DNA of 64,000 nucleotides from an uncultured Acidobacteriota bacterium (GCA_963817885.1 CAWFQE010000013.1:240178-304177); one strand, 5' to 3'. Numbered from the stretch's first letter, positions 30,106-40,190 are shown. Notes: generated from the sequence alone by a model not told the origin. Made by a program: numbers and translations.

Positions 30106-31106
30106 GTCGATGAACCCCTGGTGGCCAGCAACTCTTCTTCGATCCGCGTCAGCACGTGATCGGTCGCGAACCGGTGCGCGAGCAGGATCGCCGCCCGCAC
30201 CGCCCGCGCCGAGGAACGCCCGTGGCCGATGATGCACGGCCCGGCGACGCCGAGCAGCGGCGCACCGCCGTATTCCGAGTAGTCCAGCCGTTGCCGGAAC
30301 CGCCGCAGGGCGTCCCGCCCGAGCAGCGAGCGAAGGCGGGTCCGCATCGCCAGCGAGAACTCGTCGCGCACCAGCGCCTCGACCATCCCGACCATGCCTT
30401 CGCTGAACTTCAACGCCACGTTTCCCGTAAATCCGTCACACACCCCGACGTCGGCGGCTCCGCCGTAGACATCGCGGGCCTCGACGTTGCCGATGAACCG
30501 CACGGGCGCGGCGCGCAGCAGCTGATGGGCCTCACGGGTCAACTCGTTGCCCTTGGTCGCTTCCTCGCCGATCGACAGCAGGCCGACCCGCGGTTCGGCG
30601 ATCCCGAGCACGACGCGCGCATAAACGGTGCCCATCACGGCGAATTGCACCAGGTGCTGGGCCCGGCAATCGGCGTTGGCGCCCACGTCCAGCAGCACCG
30701 CGGCTCCCTGCCGCGTGGGAATGGTCGCGGCCAGCGCCGGGCGATCCACGCCGGCAATCAGCCCGAGCGCCCCGAAGGCGGCGACCACGGTCGCGCCGGT
30801 GGGCCCGGCGCTGAACAGCGCTGACGCCTCGCCGCGGGCGACCAGCTCGGCGGCGACCTTGATGGACGCGCCAGGCTTCCTGCGCAGCGCGTTGGTCGGC
30901 GACTCGGTGTCGCCGATGGCGGCGTCGGCAGGGACTATGGTGAGGTCGAGATCGCGCCAATCGTCATGGCGCGCCAGTGCGGCCTCCACGTGATCGGAAC
31001 GGCCGACCAGGCTGACGGCGATGCCGCGGCGGGCGGCGGCGACGGCTCCGTCCACCACTACGCGCGGGGCATGATCGCCCCCCATCGCATCGACGGCTAT
31101 CCGCAT
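30102..31106 (-). CDS. plsX: Phosphate acyltransferase PlsX
   Basis: IAVDAMGGDHAP, LDVGAN, GEEATKG, CDGFTGNVALK, GHGRS. Confidence 0.97.
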   Translation of the reverse strand: MRIAVDAMGGDHAPRVVVDGAVAAARRGIAVSLVGRSDHVEAALARHDDWRDLDLTIVPADAAIGDTESPTNALRRKPGASIKVAAELVARGEASALFSAGPTGATVVAAFGALGLIAGVDRPALAATIPTRQGAAVLLDVGANADCRAQHLVQFAVMGTVYARVVLGIAEPRVGLLSIGEEATKGNELTREAHQLLRAAPVRFIGNVEARDVYGGAADVGVCDGFTGNVALKFSEGMVGMVEALVRDEFSLAMRTRLRSLLGRDALRRFRQRLDYSEYGGAPLLGVAGPCIIGHGRSSARAVRAAILLAHRFATDHVLTRIEEELLATRGSST

Positions 31107-31151
31107 CAGCGATGCCCGTGGCTCACGCTTGCGTGGTCGGCCCCGGCGGGG

Positions 31152-31334
31152 CTAGACCTCTTCGACTTCACGAACCTGACGTCCCCGGTAAAAGCCGCAA
31201 TGCGGGCAGACCTGGTGGCCGGCCTTGGCTTCGTGGCATTGGGGGCATTCCCCGAGCTTCACCGGTGTGAGCGCATCGTGCGTCCGGCGCTTCGAGGTCC
31301 GGCTCTTGGAGTGTCGTCGTTTCGGATTCGGCAT
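31152..31334 (-). CDS. rpmF: 50S ribosomal protein L32
   Basis: MPNPKRRHSKSR..KRRTH, CPQC...HQVCPHCGFY. Confidence 0.97.
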   Translation of the reverse strand: MPNPKRRHSKSRTSKRRTHDALTPVKLGECPQCHEAKAGHQVCPHCGFYRGRQVREVEEV

Positions 31335-31370
31335 GGTCGTCCTTCTCGTGTGTCAGCAGCCGTCCACGCG

Positions 31371-31913
31371 TCACTTGCGCGGGGGCTGGTTGGTTTTCAT
31401 CTCGCGCAGGGCGGCCAGCCGGGGGTCCTCCCAGACGGGCCGACAGTCGCAGGATCCGCTGTTCAGGTCGATTCCGCACATCGGGCACAGGCCGCGGCAC
31501 GATTCCCTGCACAAAGGCTTCATCGGGACCGCGAGCTGAAACTGCTCCTGCATGATCTGGCCGAGGTCGATGGCCTGGTTCCGATAGTACGCTGTTGTCA
31601 GGTCATCCTCTTCGATTTCCTGCTCGTCCTCGCCGACATTCTTCGCGTGGGGGAGGTACAGGAGATCCACCGGCTCGTCGAGCGGAATCGAGAAGCTCTC
31701 GAGGCAACGGCAGCACGACAGCTCGATCGTGGCCCTGACCCGGCCGATCAGGTGGAACTGATCCTTGTCCTTGTTGACCTCCAGCGTGAGCACGACCGGG
31801 CCCGCGAGATGAAACACTTCACCCGTCAGGTCGAACGCACCCGGTTGGTACGTGCGCTCGATCCGGTCGCGCGCTTCGCGCATCCGGCTGATATCCAGCA
31901 GCAGCTCGCTCAT
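31371..31913 (-). CDS. DUF177/YceD family protein
   Basis: C.RCL, PMKPLC...C.GLCP.CG..LN...C.C....DPRL..L; upstream of rpmF, with tgcTATAAT upstream. Confidence 0.93.
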   Translation of the reverse strand: MSELLLDISRMREARDRIERTYQPGAFDLTGEVFHLAGPVVLTLEVNKDKDQFHLIGRVRATIELSCCRCLESFSIPLDEPVDLLYLPHAKNVGEDEQEIEEDDLTTAYYRNQAIDLGQIMQEQFQLAVPMKPLCRESCRGLCPMCGIDLNSGSCDCRPVWEDPRLAALREMKTNQPPRK

Positions 31914-32005
31914 CTACGAGGAATCCCGCCAAAAGACAGACTTTTGATTATAGCACGGTCAGGACGGCCCGCCGCGGCCCGTTCAACGCCGGGGCGCACG
32001 GGCGT

Positions 32006-33079
32006 TCAGGCGCCCGGGCCCTCCCATCGCCCCGAGACGTCCATGAAGGGCTTCGGGATGAAGAGGTGCTCGAACAGCGAAACCGCGTAGCGGTCGGTCA
32101 TCCCGGCGAGAAAGTCCAGGGCCGCGATGTCGACCCCGTCGGTGTCGAGCGTACGGCGGTCGAGAAACTGGACCGGACGCTCCCGCACCTTCTCCCACAG
32201 GCCGCCGAGAATTCCCGCGGCCTTGCCGAATTCCGACATGGAGAGCTCGTTCTCGTACACCGCCGCGAAGAGGAACGCCCGCAGGTCCAGGGTGGCCTGC
32301 AACACGTCGTGGCTCATGCTGATCTCGGTGCAGTCGACCTTCAGCGTCTCGACCACGACGTCTTTGACCATGTGGCCGATCCGCGCGGAGTGGCTGGCGC
32401 CCAGCACGGCCACCGCCTCGGCCGGCAGATCGTCGTGCTGCAGGATTCCGGCCCGTGTCGCATCGTCAATGTCGTGATTGACGTATGCGATGAGATCCGC
32501 CACGCGCGCAATCTGCCCTTCGAGCGTGGCAGGGCGCTTAAGGACATCCGGGCCGACCGGTGCGCCCCGCTTGCCCTTGGAGTGCGTCGCGATGCCGTCG
32601 CGCACCTCCCAGGTGAGATTGAGGCCCTGCCCGTCGTTCTCGAGCACGTCCACGATCCGCAGGCTCTGCTCGTAGTGCGTGAACCCGCCCGGAACCAGCT
32701 TCGACAGCACGCGCTCTCCGTGATGGCCGAACGGGGTGTGACCCATGTCATGGCCGAGCGCGATGGCCTCGGTCAGCTCCTCGTGCAGCGCGAGAGCCTT
32801 GGCAATGGTGCGGGCGATTTGCGAGACCTCGAGCGTGTGCGTGAGCCGGGTGCGATAGTGATCGCCGGTCGGCGAGAAGAACACCTGCGTCTTGTGCTTC
32901 AGCCGCCGGAACGCCTTGCAGTGGACGATGCGGTCCCGATCCCGCTGGTACACCGGCCGAATCTCATCGTCAGGCTCGGGCCGAAGGCGTCCCCGCGTCT
33001 CGAGGCTGTGCGCGGCGTGCGGGCTCAACGCGCCCGTCTCGCGCTGCTCCAGCTGCTCGCGAATCGTCATCGTGTTCAT
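32006..33079 (-). CDS. dgt: Deoxyguanosinetriphosphate triphosphohydrolase-like HD protein
   Basis: QRDRDRI.H..AFRRLKHKTQV, RTRLTHTLEV, HDMGHTPFGH.GE. Confidence 0.93.
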   Translation of the reverse strand: MNTMTIREQLEQRETGALSPHAAHSLETRGRLRPEPDDEIRPVYQRDRDRIVHCKAFRRLKHKTQVFFSPTGDHYRTRLTHTLEVSQIARTIAKALALHEELTEAIALGHDMGHTPFGHHGERVLSKLVPGGFTHYEQSLRIVDVLENDGQGLNLTWEVRDGIATHSKGKRGAPVGPDVLKRPATLEGQIARVADLIAYVNHDIDDATRAGILQHDDLPAEAVAVLGASHSARIGHMVKDVVVETLKVDCTEISMSHDVLQATLDLRAFLFAAVYENELSMSEFGKAAGILGGLWEKVRERPVQFLDRRTLDTDGVDIAALDFLAGMTDRYAVSLFEHLFIPKPFMDVSGRWEGPGA

Positions 33080-34281
33080 CCCTCCCCCGCCACCGGGACG
33101 CGGCCGACCGCCTCGGGCAGAAAGCTCGTGCCGTTGGCCAGCGGCGCGAGACGGAAGACGTCGGCCAGGGTCTGGCCAAGATCCGAAAAGCTCTTCCGGG
33201 TGCCGAGGTCCACGCCGGCCCTCACCCGGGCCCCGTAGACGAGCAGCGGCACGTACTCCCTGGAATGATCGGTGCTCGGCGTGGTCGGGTCGTTGCCGTG
33301 ATCGGCGGTCAGCACCAGCAGGTCGTCTTCTCGAAGCATCGGCAGGAGGTCCGCAATCTTCGCGTCGATCTGTTCGAGGTTCGCCCCGTAGCCGGCGACG
33401 TCGTTCCGATGCCCGAACTTGGTGTCGAAGTCGACCAGGTTCGCGAAGATCAGGCCAGCGGGCACCTCGCCCAGGGTCTTCCCGACCGCGTCCATCCCAT
33501 CGGCATCCGACACGGTGTGAATCGCGCGGTTGATCCCCTTGCCGGCGAACAGATCCGCGATCTTGCCGATCGCCACCACCATCACGCCCGACGCCGTCAG
33601 CCGATCGAGCAGGGTCTCTTTCATCGGCGACAACGCGTAGTCGTGCCTGTTCGACGTGCGGGTGAAGTGGCCGGGCGCGCCGACAAACGGCCGGGCAATC
33701 ACGCGTCCGAGCCCCATGCCGTGCACGAACATGTCGTAGGCGACCTCGCAGATCCGGTAGAGCTCGGGCACCGGAACGACGTCTTCGTGTGCCGCGATCT
33801 GGAACACGCTGTCGGCGGAGGTATACACGATGGGCCGGCCCGTCCGCATGTGTTCGGCCCCGAGATCGTCGAGGATCTGCGTGCCCGAGGCGACGATGTT
33901 GCCCAGCGTGCGGCGGCCGATCCGCCGCTCGAATTCCCGGATCGAGTCCTCGGGAAACCCGTGAGGAAAGACCGGGAACGCACGTTCGAGCACCAGGCCC
34001 ATCAGCTCCCAGTGCCCGGTCACCGAGTCCTTTCCCGGGGACCGTTCGGCCATGCGCCCGTACGCCGCCGCGGGCACCGCGGGCTTCTCGAGATGGGCCA
34101 GCGGAACGACGTGACCCATGCCGAGCCGGTTGAGCGTGGGAATCCGAAGCGGCACCCGGGCCGCGATGTGGCCGAGCGTGTTGCTGCCCTCATCACCGTA
34201 GTCGGCGGCGTCGGGCAGTTCGCCGACACCCAGCGAGTCGAGCACGACCACGATGGCGCGGCGAAATGGTGTGGCTGGCAT
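33076..34281 (-). CDS. deoB: Phosphopentomutase
   Basis: VLDSLGVG..PDA, GKDSVTGHWE, YTSADSVFQ, NLVDFD..FGHRND, TADHGNDP. Confidence 0.97.
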   Translation of the reverse strand: MPATPFRRAIVVVLDSLGVGELPDAADYGDEGSNTLGHIAARVPLRIPTLNRLGMGHVVPLAHLEKPAVPAAAYGRMAERSPGKDSVTGHWELMGLVLERAFPVFPHGFPEDSIREFERRIGRRTLGNIVASGTQILDDLGAEHMRTGRPIVYTSADSVFQIAAHEDVVPVPELYRICEVAYDMFVHGMGLGRVIARPFVGAPGHFTRTSNRHDYALSPMKETLLDRLTASGVMVVAIGKIADLFAGKGINRAIHTVSDADGMDAVGKTLGEVPAGLIFANLVDFDTKFGHRNDVAGYGANLEQIDAKIADLLPMLREDDLLVLTADHGNDPTTPSTDHSREYVPLLVYGARVRAGVDLGTRKSFSDLGQTLADVFRLAPLANGTSFLPEAVGRVPVAGEG

Positions 34282-34328
34282 GGATGCAGATCCCCAAGGC
34301 GGAAGCGACGCGAGGCCGCCGTCGCGAG

Positions 34329-34589
34329 TCAGGATTGGTGGTGGCCGAAGTAGTTGCCGACCGATCGCGGCGACCGGATGTAGGCGATCGCGTGCTTGAA
34401 GATCAGCTGATCGCCGCCGTCCTGCTCGACGACCACCGCGAACCGATCGAAGTTCTTGATGCGCGCTTCGACGTCCGAGCCGTCCATCAAATGGAACCTG
34501 ACCGACAACCGCTCGCGGCGGACGAAGTTCAGAAACGCGTCCTGGATGTTGGGCTGGGCTGGCGTCTTGGGTTCAGCACTCTGCGGCAT
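34329..34589 (-). CDS. hfq: RNA chaperone Hfq
   Basis: NIQDAFLN, IKNFDRF, QLIFKHAI; AGGAGG RBS; follows miaA. Confidence 0.95.
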   Translation of the reverse strand: MPQSAEPKTPAQPNIQDAFLNFVRRERLSVRFHLMDGSDVEARIKNFDRFAVVVEQDGGDQLIFKHAIAYIRSPRSVGNYFGHHQS

Positions 34590-35586
34590 GCCGTGGGTCC
34601 TCCTGCTGTCGCGCAACCGCGCCGTCACGCGCCAGTCGTGACGCGACGATCCGAACGCCGTCGGCGATCGTCTCGCGATGTTCTCCGACTCGCTGAATCC
34701 ACTTTAGATTAGGCTCTTTGCGGAACCAGATCAACTGCCGCCGCGCATAGCGGCGCACCTGCTGCACGACCAGCGCGCGCGCGGCCGGCTCGTCGATCTC
34801 CCCGCGCAGGTGCTGCATGACCTGCCCGTAGACGAGGCCGGAGAGCGATCGCGCATCGGCCGGCACGCCGGCGGCAAGCAGCGCCCGCACCTCGTCCACC
34901 ACGCCGCGTTCGAATTGCTCTTCGACGCGCCGCGCGACGCGGCCGCAGATCTCGAGCCACGGCGGATTCAGACCGATCGCGCACACGCCCCAGCCTTCGA
35001 TGGGCGACGCGGTCTCGGCGAAGTGCTCGGTGAGCGTGCGGCCCGTCAGCAGGTAGACCTCGAGGGCGCGCACGATGCGCATCAGGTCGCGCGGCTGGAT
35101 TCGGGCCCCGGAGTCGGGGTCCACGCGCGCCAGCTTCCTGTGCAGTCGCTCGACGCCGTAACGGCTGGCCATCTTCACCAGGCGTGATCGCAGCGCCTCG
35201 TCCCGGCCAGGGCCCGGAAACAGCCCCCGGGTCAGTGCGCGATAGTAGAAGCCGGTTCCGCCGACCAGGATCGGCACCCGTTCCCGGCCGTGCACGTCGC
35301 GCAGGACGGCGGAGGCGGCCCGCACGTAGTCCGCGGCCGTGAACGCGGCGGTCGGATCCACCAGATCGAGGAGGTGATGGGGAATGCCCCGGCGCTCGGC
35401 CTGCGAGACCTTGTCGGTGCCGATGTCGAGACCGCGGTAGACGGCGGTGGAATCGCAGCTGATGATCTCTCCGCCAAAGCGCTCGGCCAGCGCGAGACCG
35501 AGCGCGCTCTTGCCCGTGGCGGTCGGGCCGAGGATCGCAATCAGGATCGGGGCCGAAACGGGGCGGCCGGTCACAGCGGCAGTCAC
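34573..35586 (-). CDS. miaA: tRNA dimethylallyltransferase
   Basis: GPTATGKS, DS..VYRGLDIGTDK, VGGTGFY, RALEV, YARRQ..WF. Confidence 0.97.
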   Translation of the reverse strand: MTAAVTGRPVSAPILIAILGPTATGKSALGLALAERFGGEIISCDSTAVYRGLDIGTDKVSQAERRGIPHHLLDLVDPTAAFTAADYVRAASAVLRDVHGRERVPILVGGTGFYYRALTRGLFPGPGRDEALRSRLVKMASRYGVERLHRKLARVDPDSGARIQPRDLMRIVRALEVYLLTGRTLTEHFAETASPIEGWGVCAIGLNPPWLEICGRVARRVEEQFERGVVDEVRALLAAGVPADARSLSGLVYGQVMQHLRGEIDEPAARALVVQQVRRYARRQLIWFRKEPNLKWIQRVGEHRETIADGVRIVASRLARDGAVARQQEDPRHAAEC

Positions 35587-35669
35587 CGGAGTTTCAGGAG
35601 CACCCACACCACGAGTGCCGTCAGCAGGACGAGCCAGCCGAGTTGTTGCGTCCTGGTCGGCAGCCCCAT
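35583..35669 (-). CDS. 28-aa single-TM small protein
   Basis: MGLPTRTQQLGWLVLLTALVVWVLLKLR*; starts 2 nt after the tonB stop and its TGA overlaps the miaA GTG (GTGA). Confidence 0.6.
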   Translation of the reverse strand: MGLPTRTQQLGWLVLLTALVVWVLLKLR

Positions 35670-35671
35670 GA

Positions 35672-36631
35672 TCAACCAGGAGGATTCTCGTTGTAGTAGA
35701 ACGTCACCGTGAAGAACGCCTTGTCCGCCGGGTACTCGGGCGGCAGCGGATAGGTCGGATTCGAGGCGGCCAGCGCATTGAACGACGAGTTGTTGAACCC
35801 TTCGACGGGGCACGGTCCGACGACCGTCAGGTCGGTGACGCGGCCGTCCTTGTGCACGTTGAAGGTCACCACCACGTGGCCGCGCATCGACATCGCCGCG
35901 TAGGGGATGTCCCAGTTCCGCTTGATCTGTGCGATGAAGCGGCGGACCCACGGCCCGAATTCCACACCCTTGGTGTCGAACTGGATGGCCGGGCCGAAAC
36001 TGTTCGTGCCGCCTTGCGGATTGTCGAACATCTCGCCCGGCACATAGCGCTGGATGTTCCGGAGCGCATCGCTCAGCCCGCCGCGACCCGTGCCACCGCC
36101 AGCCGCGGCGGCACGTGTGCCGGGCTCCAGGGCCTTTCGGATGCCGGCAAGGACATCGCCATCAGGCGTTGTACCGGGCCCGGGCGGCGGCGACCCGTTG
36201 TTCGTGTCCTGCGTGGGCGGCGGGTCGGTCTGTTGCGGCGGGGGCGTGGGACTCACCTCGACACGCTCCGGCGTGTTGCCGCGCGAGAACGGCATGGAGT
36301 TCCTCGGATCGGGTGCCCGTTCCACCGTGCGCGCGTTGCGATCCTTGTCGGAGTCGTCGGCCCGCGGCTGCGGAGCCCGGGTGGCCGGCGTGTCGAGCCG
36401 GGGCTGCACGAACACGAACCGCCGCGCTTCGTTCTCGCGCTGGCGCGCCAGGGCCTGCTGCTGCTCGAGGGTGAGGGTTTCGGCCTTCGTCCGCTCGACC
36501 GGAGGCATCAGGACGAAGGTCAGGATGGCGAGCAGGTGGATCACGAAGGCAAGGAGAATCCCCTCCCGCCATGACATGGCGGAGCCGATGCCGTATATAT
36601 CTGGGTGTCCTTCTTCGAGATCGAAGTACAT
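35672..36631 (-). CDS. TonB/TolA-family energy transducer
   Basis: N-terminal TM with conserved His (FVIHL), Pro-rich linker, TonB-C-like domain; tggTATACT upstream. Confidence 0.85.
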   Translation of the reverse strand: MYFDLEEGHPDIYGIGSAMSWREGILLAFVIHLLAILTFVLMPPVERTKAETLTLEQQQALARQRENEARRFVFVQPRLDTPATRAPQPRADDSDKDRNARTVERAPDPRNSMPFSRGNTPERVEVSPTPPPQQTDPPPTQDTNNGSPPPGPGTTPDGDVLAGIRKALEPGTRAAAAGGGTGRGGLSDALRNIQRYVPGEMFDNPQGGTNSFGPAIQFDTKGVEFGPWVRRFIAQIKRNWDIPYAAMSMRGHVVVTFNVHKDGRVTDLTVVGPCPVEGFNNSSFNALAASNPTYPLPPEYPADKAFFTVTFYYNENPPG

Positions 36632-36680
36632 TGCGGGCCTTCAAGAAGTATACCACCGCGGTAGATCCGGGCAGGTCCGG

Positions 36681-37457
36681 CTAGCCGCGCGCTGCCACGG
36701 CCCGGTTGTCGGCACTCGCCCGCCGAGTCTCGCTTTTCCGGCCCGTATAGAGATAGACGACGCCGAGGGTCAAAGGGTCGGCCCGGACGCTGTCGAATCC
36801 TGCGGCGAGCAGCGATTCGGTGATTCGACCCGGCTCCGGAAACGTCGAGACGGAGGCAGGCAGGTAGGTGTAAGCGGACTGATGTCCGGAAACGATACGG
36901 CCGACAAGGGGCAGGACGTGGCGGAAATACCAGAGATAGAGCGGCCTCAGCACGGGGCTGCGCGGCAATCCGAACTCCAGCATCGCGAACCGCCCGCCGG
37001 GAGCGAGAACCCGATGGACCTCGGCGAACACCCGATCCGGCGATTCAACGTTTCGGATCCCGAACGCCACCGTCGCCGCGTGAATCGAGGCCGGCCGCAC
37101 GGGAATCGCCATCACGTCGGCCTGGGCAAGGTGCACGACACCGCTGCGGCCGCGACGAGCGATCTTGGCGAGCCCAAGGGCCAGCATGCGGCCCGCAAAG
37201 TCCAGCCCGATGACACGCCCGGGTCCAGGCTTGCTGCCGGCGGCGGCCAGGGCGAGATCCGCGGTTCCCGTGCACAGGTCCAGGACGGTCTCGCCTCCCC
37301 GAAGTTCAAGCGCCCTGATGGCCTGCCTGCGCCAGTGCAGATCCAGCCCGGCGCTCAGGACGTGGTTCAGCAGGTCGTAGCGGGACGCGATCGCGTCGAA
37401 CATCCCGGCGATGCGCCGCGGCTCCTTGTCGGTCCCGAGGGCGGAGGCATCATTCAC
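36681..37457 (-). CDS. ubiE: UbiE/MenG quinone methyltransferase
   Basis: MFDAIA.RYDLLN..LS.G, LDLCTGTADL, FGIRNV, AYTYLP.SV. Confidence 0.95.
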   Translation of the reverse strand: MNDASALGTDKEPRRIAGMFDAIASRYDLLNHVLSAGLDLHWRRQAIRALELRGGETVLDLCTGTADLALAAAGSKPGPGRVIGLDFAGRMLALGLAKIARRGRSGVVHLAQADVMAIPVRPASIHAATVAFGIRNVESPDRVFAEVHRVLAPGGRFAMLEFGLPRSPVLRPLYLWYFRHVLPLVGRIVSGHQSAYTYLPASVSTFPEPGRITESLLAAGFDSVRADPLTLGVVYLYTGRKSETRRASADNRAVAARG

Positions 37458-38089
37458 CGGGCCACCTGTCCGGTCCAGGCGGGCAAGAGGCGCTGTTCGA
37501 GGCCCAACCCCGAGAGAATCTTGCCCGCGATGAAATCCGCCAGGTCATCCAGCGTCCGGGGCAGATGGTAGAACGCCGGCATCGCGGGCAGCAGCATCGC
37601 GCCGGCTTCCGCGCAGAGCACCATGTTGCGCAGCTGGGGCAGGCTCATCGGCGTTTCGCGCGGCACCAGCACCAGGCGCCTGCGTTCTTTCAGCACCACG
37701 TCTGCCGCGCGCTCGATGAGGCTTCGTGACAGCCCGTTTGCGACGCCGGCCAGAGTCTTCATCGAGCAGGGCACGATGGCCATGCCGTCGGTGGCGTGGC
37801 TGCCGCTGGCAATCGACGCGCCCAGGTCGCGGTTGCTGTGAACCCGGACGGTTCCCTTCCGGACGGCTTCTCCGTACCTGGACGCCAGGTAGGGGATCAG
37901 ATCTTCGACCCTCGCCTCGGGACCGAGCTCGTCGTGCATCAGGCGACGTCCGAAATCGCTGAAGATCAGGTCGAGCGCGCATCCCTGCTCGAGCAGGGCC
38001 GCAATGGTGCGCACGGCGTAGATCGCGCCGCTGGCGCCGGTGATGGCGACGATGAACCTGCCCGCGCGAGGTGAGGAGTTATCCAGCAT
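37454..38089 (-). CDS. ubiX: Flavin prenyltransferase UbiX
   Basis: ITGASGA, ASGS, PCSMKTLA, RAADV.LKERR.LVLVPRETP. Confidence 0.95.
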   Translation of the reverse strand: MLDNSSPRAGRFIVAITGASGAIYAVRTIAALLEQGCALDLIFSDFGRRLMHDELGPEARVEDLIPYLASRYGEAVRKGTVRVHSNRDLGASIASGSHATDGMAIVPCSMKTLAGVANGLSRSLIERAADVVLKERRRLVLVPRETPMSLPQLRNMVLCAEAGAMLLPAMPAFYHLPRTLDDLADFIAGKILSGLGLEQRLLPAWTGQVAR

Positions 38090-38933
38090 AGACGGCTGCC
38101 GCTGTCGTCAGGAAATACAGAATGCCCACGTACCCGTTCAAATCGAACGCTCGCTTGACTTGAGAAAGATCATCCGCCGACACGAGCGACTGCTCGTAGG
38201 CGAGCAGCAACGCCACGCCCCCGACGCCGGCCAGGTAGATCGGGCCGAGACCGGCAATCCACGTGAGCAATGCCAGGCAGGCCACCGTGACTACGTGCAT
38301 GAGTCGAGAGATCGTCAGCGAAACGGGCACGCCGAAGTGCTGCGGCACCGACTTGAGCCCATGCGCGCGATCGAACTCGAGGTCCTGGCACGCATAGAGA
38401 ATGTCGAACCCGCCGACCCACGTGCCGATGGCCAGCGCCAGCACCCATGGCTCCCATCCCTGGCGGCCGCCTGCCGCCAGCCATCCCCCGATGGGCGCAA
38501 CACCCATGGCCAGCCCGAGAAATGCCTGGGTGGACCACGTCACGCGCTTGGCCAGCGAATACCAGAAGACGATGGCGAGCGCGACGGGAGACAGCGCAAA
38601 GCACAGGGGCCCGAGCGCGTACGCCGAGCCGATGAACACCGCGGCCGATACGACAACGAACACCAGGGCGTCACGCTGCGACAGCCGGCCTGTCGGCAGC
38701 TCGCGTGATGCGGTGCGCGGGTTGAGCGCGTCGAAGCGCGCATCCACCATCCGGTTGAAGCCCATGGCCGCACTTCGCGCCGCCACCATGGCGACCAGGA
38801 TCCAGACGACACGAACCAGGGTCATCTCCACGTGGCGCGCAGCCAGCATCGCGCCGGTCAGCGCGAAGGGCAACGCGAACACCGTATGGCCGATCCGCAC
38901 GAACGAGGCGAGAACCCGGACCTTCGCCCACAC
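38079..38933 (-). CDS. UbiA-like polyprenyltransferase (MqnP-like)
   Basis: HTVFALPFA, ARSAAMGFNR.VD..FD..NPRT..RELP, GFDILYACQD. Confidence 0.93.
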   Translation of the reverse strand: MWAKVRVLASFVRIGHTVFALPFALTGAMLAARHVEMTLVRVVWILVAMVAARSAAMGFNRMVDARFDALNPRTASRELPTGRLSQRDALVFVVVSAAVFIGSAYALGPLCFALSPVALAIVFWYSLAKRVTWSTQAFLGLAMGVAPIGGWLAAGGRQGWEPWVLALAIGTWVGGFDILYACQDLEFDRAHGLKSVPQHFGVPVSLTISRLMHVVTVACLALLTWIAGLGPIYLAGVGGVALLLAYEQSLVSADDLSQVKRAFDLNGYVGILYFLTTAAAVYAG

Positions 38934-38935
38934 GT

Positions 38936-40168
38936 TCAGGTCTGCTCCTCCAGCCAGTGCACCTGGCCCGGTTCGATGCCGCCCACCAGGTATTCTTCCA
39001 CATCACGCACGCCCCGCGGCACGTCAACCGTGATCAGCCGCGCCTCCGCCCCCGGCGCAATCACGCCCAGCTCGGCCCCGAACCCGAGCGCCTCGGCGCC
39101 AGCCCGCGTCGCGCACGCGAGCAGGGCCCGCGGCGTGACGCCGGGAGCCATCCGGTGCAGCTCGGCGACTTCCTGGAACAGGTTCAGGTCCTCCACGCTG
39201 GCGAGGCTGTCGGTTCCGATCGCCACGCGCACCCCCGAGGCGAAGAACGACTCGATCGGCGGCACACCGGTCCCGACGTAGCGGTTGCTCCGGGGACAGG
39301 CGACCACGGTGGCGCCACGTTCCGAGAGCGTCCGCAGGGCGGCCGGCGTGAGGTGGACGCCGTGAACGGCCAGCGTCGATCCCTGCCAGAACCCCAGTGA
39401 ATCGAGGTACTCGACAGGACCGCACCGTGGGGCCTGGAACCCCGGGTTCCAGCTGCCGACGCGCTCGAGCGCCATCCGCCACCTGCCCGTTCCGCGCTCC
39501 AGAAGCTCGAGCTCATCCTGAGACTCCGCCACATGAACCGTTGTCGGCGACTTCAGCCCTTCAGCCCTTCGCCGGGCCGAGAGCGCCTGGAACAGGCCAG
39601 GCGCCACCGAATAGGGCGCATGAGGCGCCACCGTCGCGCGCAGGCGCGGTCCAAGCTCCAGCGCGCGGACTCGATCGAATGCGTCATCGACGATCCGGGT
39701 GGGATCGTCCGGGTTGAACCCGATCACCTCGTGAAAGATCACCCCCGCCAGGCCGCTGTCGCGCAGCAGGTCGGTGACCTCCAGCGTGTTGGTGACGTCG
39801 CCCACAACGCCGGTGCCGCTCGCCTTCATCGCGGCGATGGCACTCGACGCACGCTCGCGGACCACAGCCGCCGCTGCGGGGTCTTTCCGGCGGATCCGCA
39901 TCTGCTCGACGATCCAATCGATCAGGTTCGTCGAGGGCGGCACCCGGCCGCCGAGCCACGACAGCTCGAGATGTGTGTGGGCGTTGACGAGCGCGGGGAG
40001 AACGGCGACCTCGCCCAGATCCACAGGGGCCGTTCGGTCCGAAGGCGCGGCGGGTTGATCCGGCCCCGAGCCGATCGCCGCAATGCGGCCGGCCTCGGTT
40101 CGGACCCAGCCGTCCGGTATGGGTGGAGTCGTGATCGGCAGGACCCAGCGAGCTCTGTAGACGGGCAT
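38936..40168 (-). CDS. Amidohydrolase, probable aminodeoxyfutalosine deaminase
   Basis: NAHTHLELS, PHAPYS, HVAES, HGV, GTDS; lies within the mqn cluster. Confidence 0.8.
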   Translation of the reverse strand: MPVYRARWVLPITTPPIPDGWVRTEAGRIAAIGSGPDQPAAPSDRTAPVDLGEVAVLPALVNAHTHLELSWLGGRVPPSTNLIDWIVEQMRIRRKDPAAAAVVRERASSAIAAMKASGTGVVGDVTNTLEVTDLLRDSGLAGVIFHEVIGFNPDDPTRIVDDAFDRVRALELGPRLRATVAPHAPYSVAPGLFQALSARRRAEGLKSPTTVHVAESQDELELLERGTGRWRMALERVGSWNPGFQAPRCGPVEYLDSLGFWQGSTLAVHGVHLTPAALRTLSERGATVVACPRSNRYVGTGVPPIESFFASGVRVAIGTDSLASVEDLNLFQEVAELHRMAPGVTPRALLACATRAGAEALGFGAELGVIAPGAEARLITVDVPRGVRDVEEYLVGGIEPGQVHWLEEQT

Positions 40169-40190
40169 GGTTGCGGAGAAAATGGCGCGT

